Origin: Moniliella sp. 'wahieum'
Lineage: Eukaryota
Assembly: GCA_003971905.1 (NCBI GenBank)
Contig: RSEE01000052.1
Location: forward strand, 124,001 to 188,000
Length of the DNA stretch: 64,000 bases
Reading direction: 5' to 3'
Positions 10,899-23,064 of this stretch are shown here, in pieces. A program made the position numbers and the translations under genes. A model generated the notes under the pieces. The model was not told the origin of the DNA, ran no database searches, and saw only the letters and a program-made list of their open reading frames with translations. Position 1 is the first letter of the stretch. Each line of letters opens with the position of its first letter.

Positions 10899-13781
10899 CT
10901 ACCTACGCCGACCAAACCGGAAGAAAGCGTCGACCCGACGCCCGACAGTAACGACCAGCTCTCTTCTCAGGGGGAGGAGGAGGAACAGGAGTCGAAGCGT
11001 TCTGAAGGACGGCTCAAGCTGAACATGAGGGGTTAGCATCCTTCCGCTGTTCCAGATTCCAATCAGTCCAGTAAAGAGAGAAAAACGTACCAGGGCCAAA
11101 AACGTAGGCAGGAGTTGTGGGATGATAGTCAACTCGGGAAGAGGAGGTCCGTCTGCGTCGAACGGGAAAGGGAACTTGGTTGCCCCATGGTCCATGCCAG
11201 TCGAGCCCTCAGCCTGCTCTTCGTCCGAATCCGGCTCGGATTCAGCATCCGAGTCGATGGCACCGTCGAGCGTAGCCTCCATCACCTCGTCGCGCGCCGC
11301 GCCACCAAACCCAAGGTGCCGCATCACTTCCCCAGAAAAGGCCGCATCGTCTGCCGTGCTCCACTCGTCGTCGGGGGTAAGCAAATGGTCGGCCGCATGT
11401 GCCACACGTGGGCGGATGAGTTTGCGCCGCACCTTGGCTTGGCGTACCAACTTGGTCCGATAGGCATGGGCCACCAGTTTGTCAGTTTCGGCCAATACTG
11501 CCATCCGCTCGGCCTGGCCGGCTGGGAGGAGGATCTCGAGGTCCATGCGGCCCAGCCCGCCGCCATGCGTGGCGCGAGCATGTTCTGAAGATGGTGCCAG
11601 TTCTTCTTCCCCCTGGCCACGAACAAGGTTGATGATGCGTTGAATCCAGTCCATCAGATAATCAAACAAGCCGCCCCCGCGTGAATGAACTTGGTGCACA
11701 AAGGAGTAGAATGCTTGCTCATGGCGCGCCACCAGATCAATAACACTTGAACGGTGTGTTGGATCGGTGCGGCCGATCCATTCGGAGACGAACCGAGCTG
11801 ATCCAACGCCTCGACAGTGGTGATCAAGTCGGAAACAAAGGCTTGCAGGTCCCCGAGAGAATCCCCAATGTCGGCTGCCTTGTACACTTGCGCAAGCGGA
11901 GCATAGAAAATGGTGACGACATCCTTAATCAAATTTGCCGTCACACCTTCCGACAAGAGGGAGACCATCTGTTCCTTGTCCCGACTTCGCAAGAGGGTAC
12001 CGAGCAAAGCATGTAAATTCTCATACAGCTCCGCCGCTACTGGAGGGGTCGAATCCTGGCTTGTCCTCCTGGAAGAGGAATGAACGTGATGGGCATATGC
12101 CGCTGCTGATGCAGTCAAGCGATGGGTCTGCTCCAGGCTCAAGGGTGGACCACAATGGGGTGAAATCAAGATGGCAGACAAGAGATCCCATCCCGGTTGG
12201 TGGCCTAGCAGACGCACCTCCTCCTGCTCCTCAGAACCAAGGCTGACATACGACACCAAACGGGAAACAAGATCAGGTTCAGCGATCTTGGCCTCCAGGG
12301 TCTGCTGTGAGACTGCCAACTCTTTAATCTCTTCACCGATGCCGGCAAGAAACATGCGCTGGATAAGCGACTTTTGCCCAAAAGGCTGGGCAGGAAGAGA
12401 TCCAGCCAGGCACGGATCATAGCGACTGGGTTGGAAATCTTGAGAATCCCTTTGAGAAGGCGATAGGGCATGAGGGAGTGAACGTGTTTGACCTTGTTCA
12501 ACAATTCTGACGAAGTATCTCCCCGGAAAAGATGAAAGAGTGTGCTGGCAGCCGAGATCCGAGCCCAAGAATAACGGCGCGGTACGAAGGTGGTAGCTCT
12601 TCAATCTTGGGGACGCGCTTGATCGTACCAACAGTCTAGGCAGCCCATCGGGTCGCGTCAGTCCCTCTTAAAATCGGCAAGGTGGGTTTGCAAAGCCTCC
12701 ACTCGCTTTGTTGTCTCGGCAGCAAATCGTGCCGCCTCATCCAACCGAGCTTGATCGAGTGCCTCTCGAGCGGCCGCGTCCCGCTCTTCAGACGGTGTCA
12801 GCTGCGTTGGATCGGCCGACAGAAACGTGTTCATTGCGTCCGCTTCAGCCAGCTCGGGATGAGCAAGCAAGCTCCGCAGGTACGCGCGCACGTCAGTCGG
12901 TTCTTTTCCCTTGATAAAGGAACCGTCTCAGGATCGTCTAGCGAGGTACGGGTGTGCCGGGAGAGTCAGGACGGAAGCCTCCTGTCCGTCATCCTCTGCG
13001 TAGCGGGCTTGAGATCGGTCCTTGGCAGGTGGGCGGGGGACACGAAGGGCAGGAACTGCGCGCGTAGCGTTTCAGCGAGGTGAGCAAAGTCGCCATAGCG
13101 GCGAGCAACCAGGGTCTGGGTTGCACCCGCCCCCGCACCACGCCTCGTCCGCACAAGGAAAAACTCGTGGTCTTACGGGAGACAAGCTGCGGTGGGAAGA
13201 GATGCGGACAGCAATCACGTTCACGTCCAGATACGAGTGAGCAAGTTGCCCTCGGATCGCTGCGGCCGCGCGGGCCTCTGATGCGCCAGGCGTTCAGAAT
13301 CTGCGCTGAGGCAGACAACCTGCTCGGGCGGAGAGGTGGCCAGCGCCGAGGACAACAGGAGGACAAAGTAGCGCTGGAGGCGCAGGGACAAGCGCCTGCG
13401 CTTCGTCTCCTCTTCACGGTCATCAGTGCTGGACAAATTCTTGGACAGGAGGTGGTCGGCGAAGACTTGGACCTTGTCTGAGTAGACTGGCGGGAGCCGA
13501 GCGCAAAAGAGGGAAGGTGAGGACGAGCTGGTGGAAGATAAAGGAGAGAATGGGGAGAGATGTGTCTGGATCGGGGAGCCGGGCAAGGGCTTGAAGGGTG
13601 GCCGAGCAGGGCGAGGGCGTCGGGAGTAGCGAGTGCAGTCAGTTCGAGCCCCACGGCGCGGCGGAGGAGCTCCTTCTTGAGATAGTGGGCGCGCAGGGCG
13701 TCAGTGCGAGCGGGTCGGAGCTGGCGGGGGCATCGGACGACACGGAAGGCACCGCCGGAATGGCCCCGACGGGGAGGCCAT
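10899..13781 (-). CDS. PX-domain protein with PX-associated and DUF3818-type regions (Lec1/Ypr097w-like)
   Basis: LRAHYLKKELL...PDALALLG N-terminus, PX motif VARRYGDFAHL, LRAYLRSLL, QPFGQKSLIQRMF, ARHEQAFYSFVHQVH. Multiple frameshifts. Intron near 11021-11090; 3' end approximate. Confidence 0.8.
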
Positions 13782-14555
13782 GACGGACGGGAGGGGAAGG
13801 GAGGTGGGGGCGGAGGTGGAGGTGGAGGTGGGTGGGGGCAGGGCGTGAAAAGAGAAGGGCGAATGCGCAGCCAAGCCCAGGCGAGCTGAGCCAAGCCAAG
13901 CCAAGCCAAGCCCACGCAAGGCAGGCAAGTCTCGCCGGCGGCGCTGCCAGGTGTGCGCAGCACAGTAACGTGGCATGACGTCACTGCGGAGTGCCCTTGC
14001 AGTTTCAAAAGGATCGGGCTGGGCAAGGGGCAGCCGGCGCCTGGCGATGTTTTTGCGTACTGGAGCAGTTGGCTGCGCACAGGCGTCGCAGTTGGGCGAG
14101 CCCGGTGCGCGCGTGGGCTGCGCTCACCGTTGGGGATCATCGATCATCGCGCATCGCTCAGATTTAGACGCGCTGCTGGCCGCCGTCTCTGGCGCTGCGC
14201 GGGGGGCAGGTGCGGGGGAAGGGCACGGTGGCTGTGTGTGGGGCAGCCATCCAACACGTGTGGCCGCCAGCAGGCCACTTTCGGGGCAAGCAGCCTCGCA
14301 TCCCTGGCCACCCTGGCGCTCAGCATCCCTGGCACGCCCTTGCTATCGGCCACCGGCCGGCGCAGCGCCACTGCTTGCAACTGGCGGCCCACAACCCCCC
14401 CGCGCTTTATCATCCGCCTCTCCCACGCCCTCGCTTTCCCATGGCCCATGCATGATCATCCTCCCAGCCCTGCCTTCTTAGACTCGCACCCCTCTCCTCC
14501 TGCTTCTTCTTTCCCCCTGCCTTCTCCTTCTCCTCCACACCTCACACCCCCCGCC

Positions 14556-15221
14556 ATGTCCGCCACCAAGTCTTCCGCTGCGACGGTACTGCTGGGCGTT
14601 GCCGCAGCCATCGCGGCGGCCGCTGGCGTCGTAGCACTGTGGTCCACACCCTCCACGCCGAGCGTTGACCCCAACTCTGCCCCGGGGGAGGAGAAGCCAG
14701 GACAGAAGCTGGATGACAAGAAGGCAAAGAAGCCGGTGAGCAAGAGCCCCATCCTCCGTCTCGCCCCTGACACGACCGACGACACCGCGCCCCAAAAGGG
14801 ATTGTCAAGCGGCGTCCGTCAGTGGTCCCGACCACCGTTTCCCACGGCCCAGCCCCGGCGCCAGGAGACGCGACTTGGCTGGCGTACAAGCATGAGAACG
14901 ACTCGCACCCCCCCGCGGAGGCTGGGTGGATCTCCTATGCCCACGAGGGAGACGAGTACGAAGGAGAAAAGCATGACACGAATCGTGACCCGACGCTGGG
15001 GACTCGTGGGTCCTCCCTTCGCCCCAAGGGTCGCAGGTGCTTCGCTCCAGCAAATCCAATTCACGCCTCAACAAGGCCCGCTCGGGCGCCAACCTGCGCC
15101 CGCCACCCGGGATCAAGACGGAGCCTGTGCCGCTTCTGCCTACCCCGCCTCCCGCCGCCACGGTTGCGGGCGGGGGCGAGCAGCAGTAACTGCAACAGGT
15201 CACCACTATATGCGCGCTTGA
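14556..15221 (+). CDS. Hypothetical protein with N-terminal hydrophobic anchor
   Basis: Good Kozak context ccgccATG, MSATKSSAATVLLGVAAAIAAAAGVVALW then a charged region. Divergent from the PX gene. End uncertain because of frameshifts. Confidence 0.5.
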   Translation: MSATKSSAATVLLGVAAAIAAAAGVVALWSTPSTPSVDPNSAPGEEKPGQKLDDKKAKKPVSKSPILRLAPDTTDDTAPQKGLSSGVRQWSRPPFPTAQPRRQETRLGWRTSMRTTRTPPRRLGGSPMPTRETSTKEKSMTRIVTRRWGLVGPPFAPRVAGASLQQIQFTPQQGPLGRQPAPATRDQDGACAASAYPASRRHGCGRGRAAVTATGHHYMRA

Positions 15222-16400
15222 TATGCCATTGTCCTCTCACCTTACCTGTAATTGTGGCGGCCATGGCCACCGATTGGAACAGCGATGCGCGACAGGAGAG
15301 CCGATGTGGATCTTCGATTGTCTTGCCTCAGATGGGTGCTGAACCAGACGACAACAAGTGCCGGAGAAGGAGCTACAACAATGTCTGTGTGTAACCCTCT
15401 CCTTGATGCCACATTTGCGTAGCACGGGTGTGTGCACCACAATCTCATCCAATAGGCGTTTTACATCACTTTACCTACTCCGCCTTTCTACCTATATACG
15501 CTCCATCCTACTCCAAACCCAATGTCATCCATATACAATCATGAACTTTCGAGATGAGAACAGTGTCAGGGTCAGCATGGCCTTTCTGGGTCATTGGATC
15601 CAACCTGCAGGGGCACCTCGGGTAGCCGAAGGATAGAAGAAGCATTCATCATGGGGGAAGAGCAATACAAGGAACAGGTCATTTCACAACGTGGTGCTCC
15701 ATATCGGTAGTTTGAGCATTGGACAAATCCCTCCCTCCACACACGAACAGCAAAGACTCGATCAGTCTTGAACATGTTCACACAGTGACAGCGATCACAT
15801 CATCGTACTGGCAGGGGACGCTTGCCTTTGCGTCAGGGCACCTCTTGGCTCTGCAACAACGTTTCTTCGGCTTGGATCACTGCGTGTAGGCATTGACTCC
15901 CCCAACCACTATTATCTTTTTGCCCGCTGTTTCCATCGCGCCTCTGGTCTCTGGTTCGATCCGTGCGCTTCTACACTGAGCGCGACCACGCACGTGCAGC
16001 CATGACAGCATGTAACCGCCCCGACTACGATGTCAAGGATCTGTGTTATGTGCATTCCGGGATGGATGGGGAGTACGTAAGCGTTAAGGCATCTACCGAG
16101 CTCAGCGCAGCTGCAGGGGAATCGAAGAGCCAGAGTGCAGAAATAGAAACGAATACCAATGACAAAGTGATGACCAAGGATCGGAAGTGGCTCATGTTGT
16201 CCAAGCAGGACGGGGCATCCAGCGCAGCATACGAACCGAGCGAGAGGATGCAATTCGAAAACAAAAAGGAGAGAAAAAGAGCAGACGTAAAGAAAAAGAA
16301 AGTTACAAGCCAATGTTGCCCAACACGTTTTGGCCTTGGTTCCAGAGGGTTTGGAACGCAGCCAGCACATTGCCTCCCAACAAGTCATCCACTCCCAGCG

Positions 16401-17824
16401 TCAGCAGGTTGAGCAAGGTGGGCGAAGGCGATCCACAGGGAACCGGGATAAAGAATTGGCCGTCCAGCCAAGCACTTGGAGCGTAAACAGCATCGCGTTC
16501 AAATCGCCGCCAATGACCAACTGCGGTGCCGTGTGTGCATTGGCTTCGTACACGTTGAACTGGATGTTAGCGCCGTGCTGGCACTGTTGGTTGACATAGG
16601 CCTGCACCGCGTCGTAGCTGATCACATCGTCGTGCCGACCTTGGTAGATCATGCGAGGGAACTTGGGATAGCCAACACCCACAGACGACTTGTTGTTCCA
16701 CATTGTCTCCCGATTCAACACGCTGCGCACGACAGGGTCGCTGTAGGGATCGCCGCTGGGCAAGCTGAGCATCTCCATATACGGAATGTTGGCATAGGCA
16801 GGGCCACGTAGGATAGCATGGCAGACTGGCGGCGCATAGATCGTAGCGAGATCGTTGAGGACGCGTTGCTGCGCATGCCGAGTGATGGTCCGGTTGAATT
16901 TAGGGTAAGCTGCCATCATGCCGTGCATGCCACCCAGGGCAAAGCCAGAAAAGGACGTGTTGTCAAAGTGGCGCAGCGTCAGCTCCATGTCGATCGGCGT
17001 GCGTGCCGCCGTGGAGGTACCGACAATGTTCAGGTCCGGCGCATACGATGGAGCCAAGTTGGCCGCCCAACATGTCACGTGCGCGCCCTCGGAGTAGCCA
17101 GTCATCGTGACTTTGGCATCAGCAGGCCAGTTAAGGTAGTTGCGCACCGCCCGGGCCGAGTCGAGAATAGCATATCCAGCCTGGAACCCGGCAAAGAGAG
17201 CAGACTTGGGACCTTCGTAGTCGGGCACAACGACCGTAATGCCTTTGGAAAGGAGGAAATCGAACCATACGGGACATCGTCGCCTACAAAGAAAAACTGA
17301 TGAGTATCAAAGCAGGAGGAGAGCCAAGAGACAGATACACACGAGCACATGATGTTGGGCGCGTCGTTGCCGAGAAGGATGGTGTACGAAGGCGCACAGT
17401 TGCGGTTGGTCGAGTCTTCCCAGATGTGGTAGGACATCATGCGCGGGGGCGAGCCGCTGGCGGGCTCAATGGCGGTGGTGACAGTGGCGGAGGGGTGGCC
17501 CTGTGTGTTTGTGGTGCGGTAGAGGATCTGAGAGGTGCGGCCGGCGCCGGAGACCTTGTACTCTGGCTGGATGACACGACTGCGGATGACATCGCCAGGC
17601 TTGTAGAGACTAATGTTGGCTGGGCGGAGGTAGAAGGGGTCGGAGTGGGGTGGGAGGTAGGTTTCGTTGTTGGGCTTCCGAGGGGCTAGTGAGGCGCGGC
17701 GGATGGCCTGCACGCCCCTCGGCTCACGGTCGGGCTGGAAAAAGGCATCGGGCGATGGCATGGCCGAGGCCACAGCGGCCAGCAGAGCTGCGAGCACAAA
17801 GGCAAGCGACAGCAGGGATCGCAT
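16401..17824 (-). CDS. Secreted lipase, LIP (lipase A-like) family
   Basis: Signal peptide MRSLLSLAFVLAALLAAVASA, PPHSDPFY, QILYRTTN, EDSTNRNCAPSY, PDYEGP, catalytic GYSEG, HDDVI. Intron ~17285-17350. Confidence 0.9.
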
Positions 17825-20800
17825 TGCGCCGATCAAAAGAAGGTGAGGGGCGGGGGAGGGAGGGCAAGGGGGCGGGAGACGTGGTGGAGGCGGTGACGTG
17901 GGCGTGTTGCTGTCTTCTCAGATGCCAACTCGTACTCAACGGCGGGCCTGGGTGGCGAGGGGGCAGGTTTGCGCAGCCTGGTCGCTGCAATTTGAGACGC
18001 AACGTATATTCAACGCTGAGCGCGCTGAAGCTTGAACAACATTCACCGGCACCAGCGAGTCACTTCTTCTAAGATCTAAGCGCTCTCTGAGCGGGCAGGG
18101 CGGGGGGGCGGAGGCCTGGGGGGGTGGTACAGGGCAGTACTCCGGGCGCTGCGCTGTGCATACGCAGCTGGTGCCGCATCGGCGCCCAGTACCCAGTGCC
18201 AGTGTACCAGTGTTGATAATGGCGTGTGACATGTGATGGGAAAACGTCCTTCACACTGGCGCCATCCCAAGCTTGATGATCGATGATCGATGATGGGGAC
18301 CTGTGACACGTGTGACATGTGAGCGGCGGAGCGCTGAGCAACTGAGCACCTCAGCCGGACGATCTGCAATCACCCGCCGATCGGCAGGGCCATAGTGCAT
18401 AGTGCATGGTGCATGCATGATGTGCATCATGCGAGCTGCGTTGGAACACTCTTCCCAACAAATACGATGGCCCGGCTGGAGCCTACACGACCTGACTAGT
18501 GACTGGTGCTGTCGCAGGCTATCGCTCGCCAGTCGCTCGTGTCCCCGTGCAGCTTGAAGCTGGGCCTCGGCGGCTCACTTGGCAGTGGCCGGCCAGGAGC
18601 TGCACCAGGCGGCCACCCCCCGTCACGCGATTGGGACCATGCGTCCGCGTCATGCATCATGCATCATGCGTCATGCATTGGCTATGCCGGGCGCCGTAGC
18701 TGCAAGCAACGGCCACTGGCCACAGTGTCGCAGTGTTAGCTTCAAGCTCTAAGAGCTTTAAGCTTCAAGTTTCAGCGAGTTGGACCCTGGTTGACCGGTT
18801 GACCGCGTCGTCTGCCTACCAAGCCAAGCACCCGGATCAGGCCGGTTCGACCGGTCCGCCGGTCAGTTGGTCTCGGTCACTCGGTCACTCGGTCACCGGG
18901 CCACCGTCCGCGTCACTGCATCATCTTACCCCGTCGGCGTGTTGGCCAGCTGGTCGAGTAGGACCGGCAACAGAACCCACGGAGTAGGCCAACAGCAAAA
19001 CAGGCAACAAGAACTTCAAGCGCCGATGCATGGCTTGCATTTTCGTACGTTGCTCGATTTGCTTCAGAGGTCGCTTCCTCAGGCCTCAGGGCCTCAGGGG
19101 CCTCAGGGCAGTCATGTCACATTGTCACACCGGATTCACAATTCCGCCGGCAACCCGTCCCCCCCCCCAACAGTAGGCCCACTGAATATTCGTCACAGAA
19201 GCTTGAAGCCCAAAAAGGCACAACCGCCTCCCGCCCACTCCACCAGCCGGTACCTACTACCTGTACACAGCCAGAGGGGCGTGCCAGTTGGTTGCTTAAT
19301 CCTAAAGCCGGAGAAGTGCTTTAATCCTATACTAAAGAGGGTGTCGAAGGCGCGGGTGAAGAAGTGGCGCGGCCATTGAACTGATGGCTGAGCTCCGGGC
19401 CGTCATCTCCAAGAGGACGTGTGGGCATCATGAAGTTCACCGCGCGTATACAGCTAGCTTTTGTTCCACTGTGCGAGACAGCCTCCGGCTGCGTGGGGGT
19501 AAAGAAGCGGTTGAACGCGTCCGCACAGACGATGGATTTACTTGCCGCATAGACGGCACATACACCAACTCTCCCTACTAATGGCCGACATACCAATAGA
19601 CCTGCTGATTGACAACTCTTACTCGCTCCGGAACGGGCGTTTTATGTGTAGAGACGGTCAGGACGGGAAGCCCAAAAAGGGAGACAGAGTATGGGACCTA
19701 GGTCTTTCCAAGCAAATCAGGCAAACGTGTGGGTCACAACTCCCCTGCCTTCGCGCTGCGTCTCGGTGCTTCACAGGAGACGCTCTCCCTTGGAAGAAGA
19801 GAAGTATAGCGGAGTGGAGAATGACTGGCATCAATAGCATGCAACGGCCAAGAACTTCTGCCGAAAGAGAATAAAAAGGTCACGATGACGATAGATCAAG
19901 GACAACCAAATGTTGGAGGAGAAAAGTGGGACATGATAGTCATTTGTGGTCCAAAATATAGAACCAAGCAGAGATCCATATTGTCAAGAGAACAAAAGAT
20001 TACAACTCCCAACAAACCCGAGATAGTCACGACACATATAGCACCCCCAAACAACGAGAGAAGTATCGATGCCCGTAGAAAAAGGGCCTCTGTGAGCTCA
20101 TTGTGACCGTGCTGTTGTTTTGGCTGCTGCGGAGCATAAAACCGTGCCCCAGACAATCTGGGTAGTCTCTCTATCGTCCCAGTCCTGAGCAGTTGTGGTG
20201 TTGACCTCCTTCAAAGGTGCGCACGGAGGCACACGGCCAATTTTGACCATTTGTGTATGTTATTGCTACAGTCTTCTTCGGACCTCTGAAAGTGGTGTCG
20301 GGTCACCGCTGTGTTGAGCTCTTAGCGCCAGCATACGATTCTTAGAAATGGCTAGGGGAGGGCTTGTAGGGGGAAGTGTGGGGTATAGGGAAAAGAGGGG
20401 GATTCAGTGGGTGCGGCCATATATATAAAGAGGCTGCGAAGGACTGACGCCCGATCCGGATGACCGCTTAGAAGGGGGTATATAAAACGATAATGATTGC
20501 GTACTTGGACCAGAGTCTGCGTTAACTGAATGAAAAGGGAGAGGGGAGCTGTAGGATGGTAGGGAGTCTAGAGAGAAGAGTATCAGAGCTAACATTTATA
20601 TATAGCGTCCGAGGTCACCTATCCCTTTCTCAAAATGATCCGTGGTTCACACCCATTATCGGGCTCTTCCCCCTATGCTCTGCCCCTTACGGGATGCTCT
20701 CCTGAAAGTAGTAGCATCGTCTATTGTAAGACCGGAGGAACCCAAGGGGTTGGGTGAAGAACCTCTGGAAGTGTAGAGCAATGCAATCGCGATGGTCGTG

Positions 20801-21589
20801 TTTTTGGTCTAAGCCTTGTGCCCTAGAGACAGGGGTTCAAACAAGCCTGAGTATACACGTGGAGGCTTCGGAGGACAAATCAGGGTTGAAGGGTGATGAG
20901 GCGCCTGGCCTAAGTACGGGACCACGGGTCCCAACATCTATCGTTTACAAGAGGGTTGGGACTGTACGGAATGGTGTCTGGGGAATGGATGCCCGTTGAA
21001 TCAACGCGTTGAACTCACCATGTCGTGGACGTTGAGGCCTCCTGAGGCCTATAAGGCTGAGAGGTGGGTACGAACTCGAACGGATGAACGCGGATGCATG
21101 ATAGCATGACCACACGTCACGTGGTTGGTTGCATGACCGGCCCATGACCGGCATGACCTTGTGTCATGTGATGCTGTGATCGATGATCAAAGAAGGCAGG
21201 ACAGGGCGACAATCCCTTTGCCCCCGCCCCCTGTTTCCAATTGGGATGGCGGAGCGTTGGCCAATTCCGCCCAGCGCGTTGCGCAGGCTGCTGCCCAGGT
21301 TGGCCGGTGTAAAACATTGTACCCTAGCCGTGACGCATGATGCATGACGCGTGACCACAAACGTTCAAACCCGGGCAGCCTCGGTGGATTAGAAACGAGA
21401 AAGCGACGCCGTACGAGGCTGCGCCCTCGACGGGAATTTGTAAGCTGGCTCCATACAGGCGCCGTGCCACTGGGCGGGCCCGCCCGGGATGCCAGTACTG
21501 GTACCCGGGGGCTGGCCCGTTGGACGCCGTCCCCAAGGCTGGTGGGTGGGCTGGGCAACTCCAACTTCTTTCCCGCTACCCTCCACAAG

Positions 21590-22576
21590 ATGGCCAGCCT
21601 CACACGCTTCGTGCTCAAGAAGCCCCTCAACTTGGCGTACGTGCTGCTCCTATATTCTAACACTTGTTTTGCCCCCATGGCGTGTTGCAGTGAGGCCGGG
21701 ACCTTTTTGGTCGGGTGCCAACCTGTCTCCGGCGTCGTATCCGACGATGTGTCCCAGCCCCCTTGCGTTCATCAGCGCGGGACAACCATGCTGACCCTAC
21801 TTCCTAACAGACCAACTGTGGCCGCTACGGCTACTGGTATTCCCAAGACCACGACCCTGCAGCTGCCTTCTGTGGCGCATGGCGACCACGGGCACCCCCA
21901 CGAGGCGCCGCCCAAGTGGGCCAGCAGCTTGACCTCCAGCGGTGCCTTCAAGACCGCGCTCAACACCAACCCGAGCCGGAGCCTAGGGGGGCAGCGGTAT
22001 ATGTCCACATCGACCAAGAGCGTTGCGCCCAAGGTGCCGGACTACGACGATGTGCGGGTCAAGGACCCGCAGGCGAACCAAACTCTGTCCTACTTTGTCA
22101 TTGGCTCCCTTGGTGTTCTGACCGCGGCCGGGGGCAAGTCGGCTGTGCACGATTACCTTGCCACCTTGAGCCCGTCTGCTGATGTGTTGGCCATGGCCAA
22201 GGTCGAGGTGGACCTCAACTCGATCCCGCTGGGCAAGAACGCGGTGATCAAGTGGCGTGGCAAGCCTGTCTTTGTCCGCCATCGTACCCCTGACGAGATC
22301 AAGGAGGCTGAGTCGGTCGATGTTGCCTCGCTGCGTGACCCCAAGTCGGACGAGCAGCGCGTCCAGCGCCCCGAGTGGCTTGTCATGCTTGGTGTCTGCA
22401 CGCACTTGGGGTGCGTTCCCATTGGTGAGGCGGGTGACTATGGTGGATGGTTCTGCCCTTGCCACGGCTCGCACTACGACATTTCCGGTCGGATCCGTAA
22501 GGGTCCCGCCCCGCTCAACCTTGAGATTCCTACCTACAGCTTCAACGATGCGGATGGCAAGCTCGTTATTGGTTAA
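21590..22576 (+). CDS. RIP1: Cytochrome bc1 Rieske iron-sulfur subunit, mitochondrial
   Basis: CTHLGCVP and CPCHGSHYD boxes, [23 protein letters not shown]. 5' introns 21637-21690 and one ending at 21810. Confidence 0.97.
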   Translation: MASLTRFVLKKPLNLAYVLLLYSNTCFAPMACCSEAGTFLVGCQPVSGVVSDDVSQPPCVHQRGTTMLTLLPNRPTVAATATGIPKTTTLQLPSVAHGDHGHPHEAPPKWASSLTSSGAFKTALNTNPSRSLGGQRYMSTSTKSVAPKVPDYDDVRVKDPQANQTLSYFVIGSLGVLTAAGGKSAVHDYLATLSPSADVLAMAKVEVDLNSIPLGKNAVIKWRGKPVFVRHRTPDEIKEAESVDVASLRDPKSDEQRVQRPEWLVMLGVCTHLGCVPIGEAGDYGGWFCPCHGSHYDISGRIRKGPAPLNLEIPTYSFNDADGKLVIG

Positions 22577-23064
22577 TGTATCTGGGTATGCAGCCCTCCT
22601 AGGATGCGAGGGGGGCGCGTTCAAAATGCATCGATCGCAGGAGTCATTGCAGAACGCAGTCATGGACGGTGGTTGGGGGGTCGCGCCTGGCATGGCATGG
22701 ACGATGGCAGGCTAGTTCATCATGCTCATATAGGACGCCAACACATCGCTGCGACGTTGAGGATTACGCCAAAGGCTATCTGCAGGATCAAGCCCTATTC
22801 CAGCCTGGCGGACCTTTGGTCTGGCCGCATCTTCTTCACTCAGGCTGAGCCAGATAGATTGTAGAAGGTGGTGTTGATACAACGACAGGGCTTCGGCAGG
22901 CTTCAGCGCTTCTGCGCAAGCAGTCAGGAAGCACACAAAAGTTGGGTTGTACTGAACATGTGAACAAATGAAATTGGGACCGCTCATAAGCGAATCCTGG
23001 CCAACCACTGGGTTTACCCACTGGCTGGCCCCCACCACCAGCCGAAGATCGAACACAGACAGCG

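Noticed and set aside
12989..15221. Long overlapping GC-rich ORFs (383 aa and 422 aa)
   Set aside because: Shadow or promoter read-through frames of the PX gene and the adjacent hypothetical gene.
21344..21589. N-terminally extended 410-aa Rieske ORF
   Set aside because: The ORF reads through promoter/UTR and introns. The plausible start is ATG 21590.
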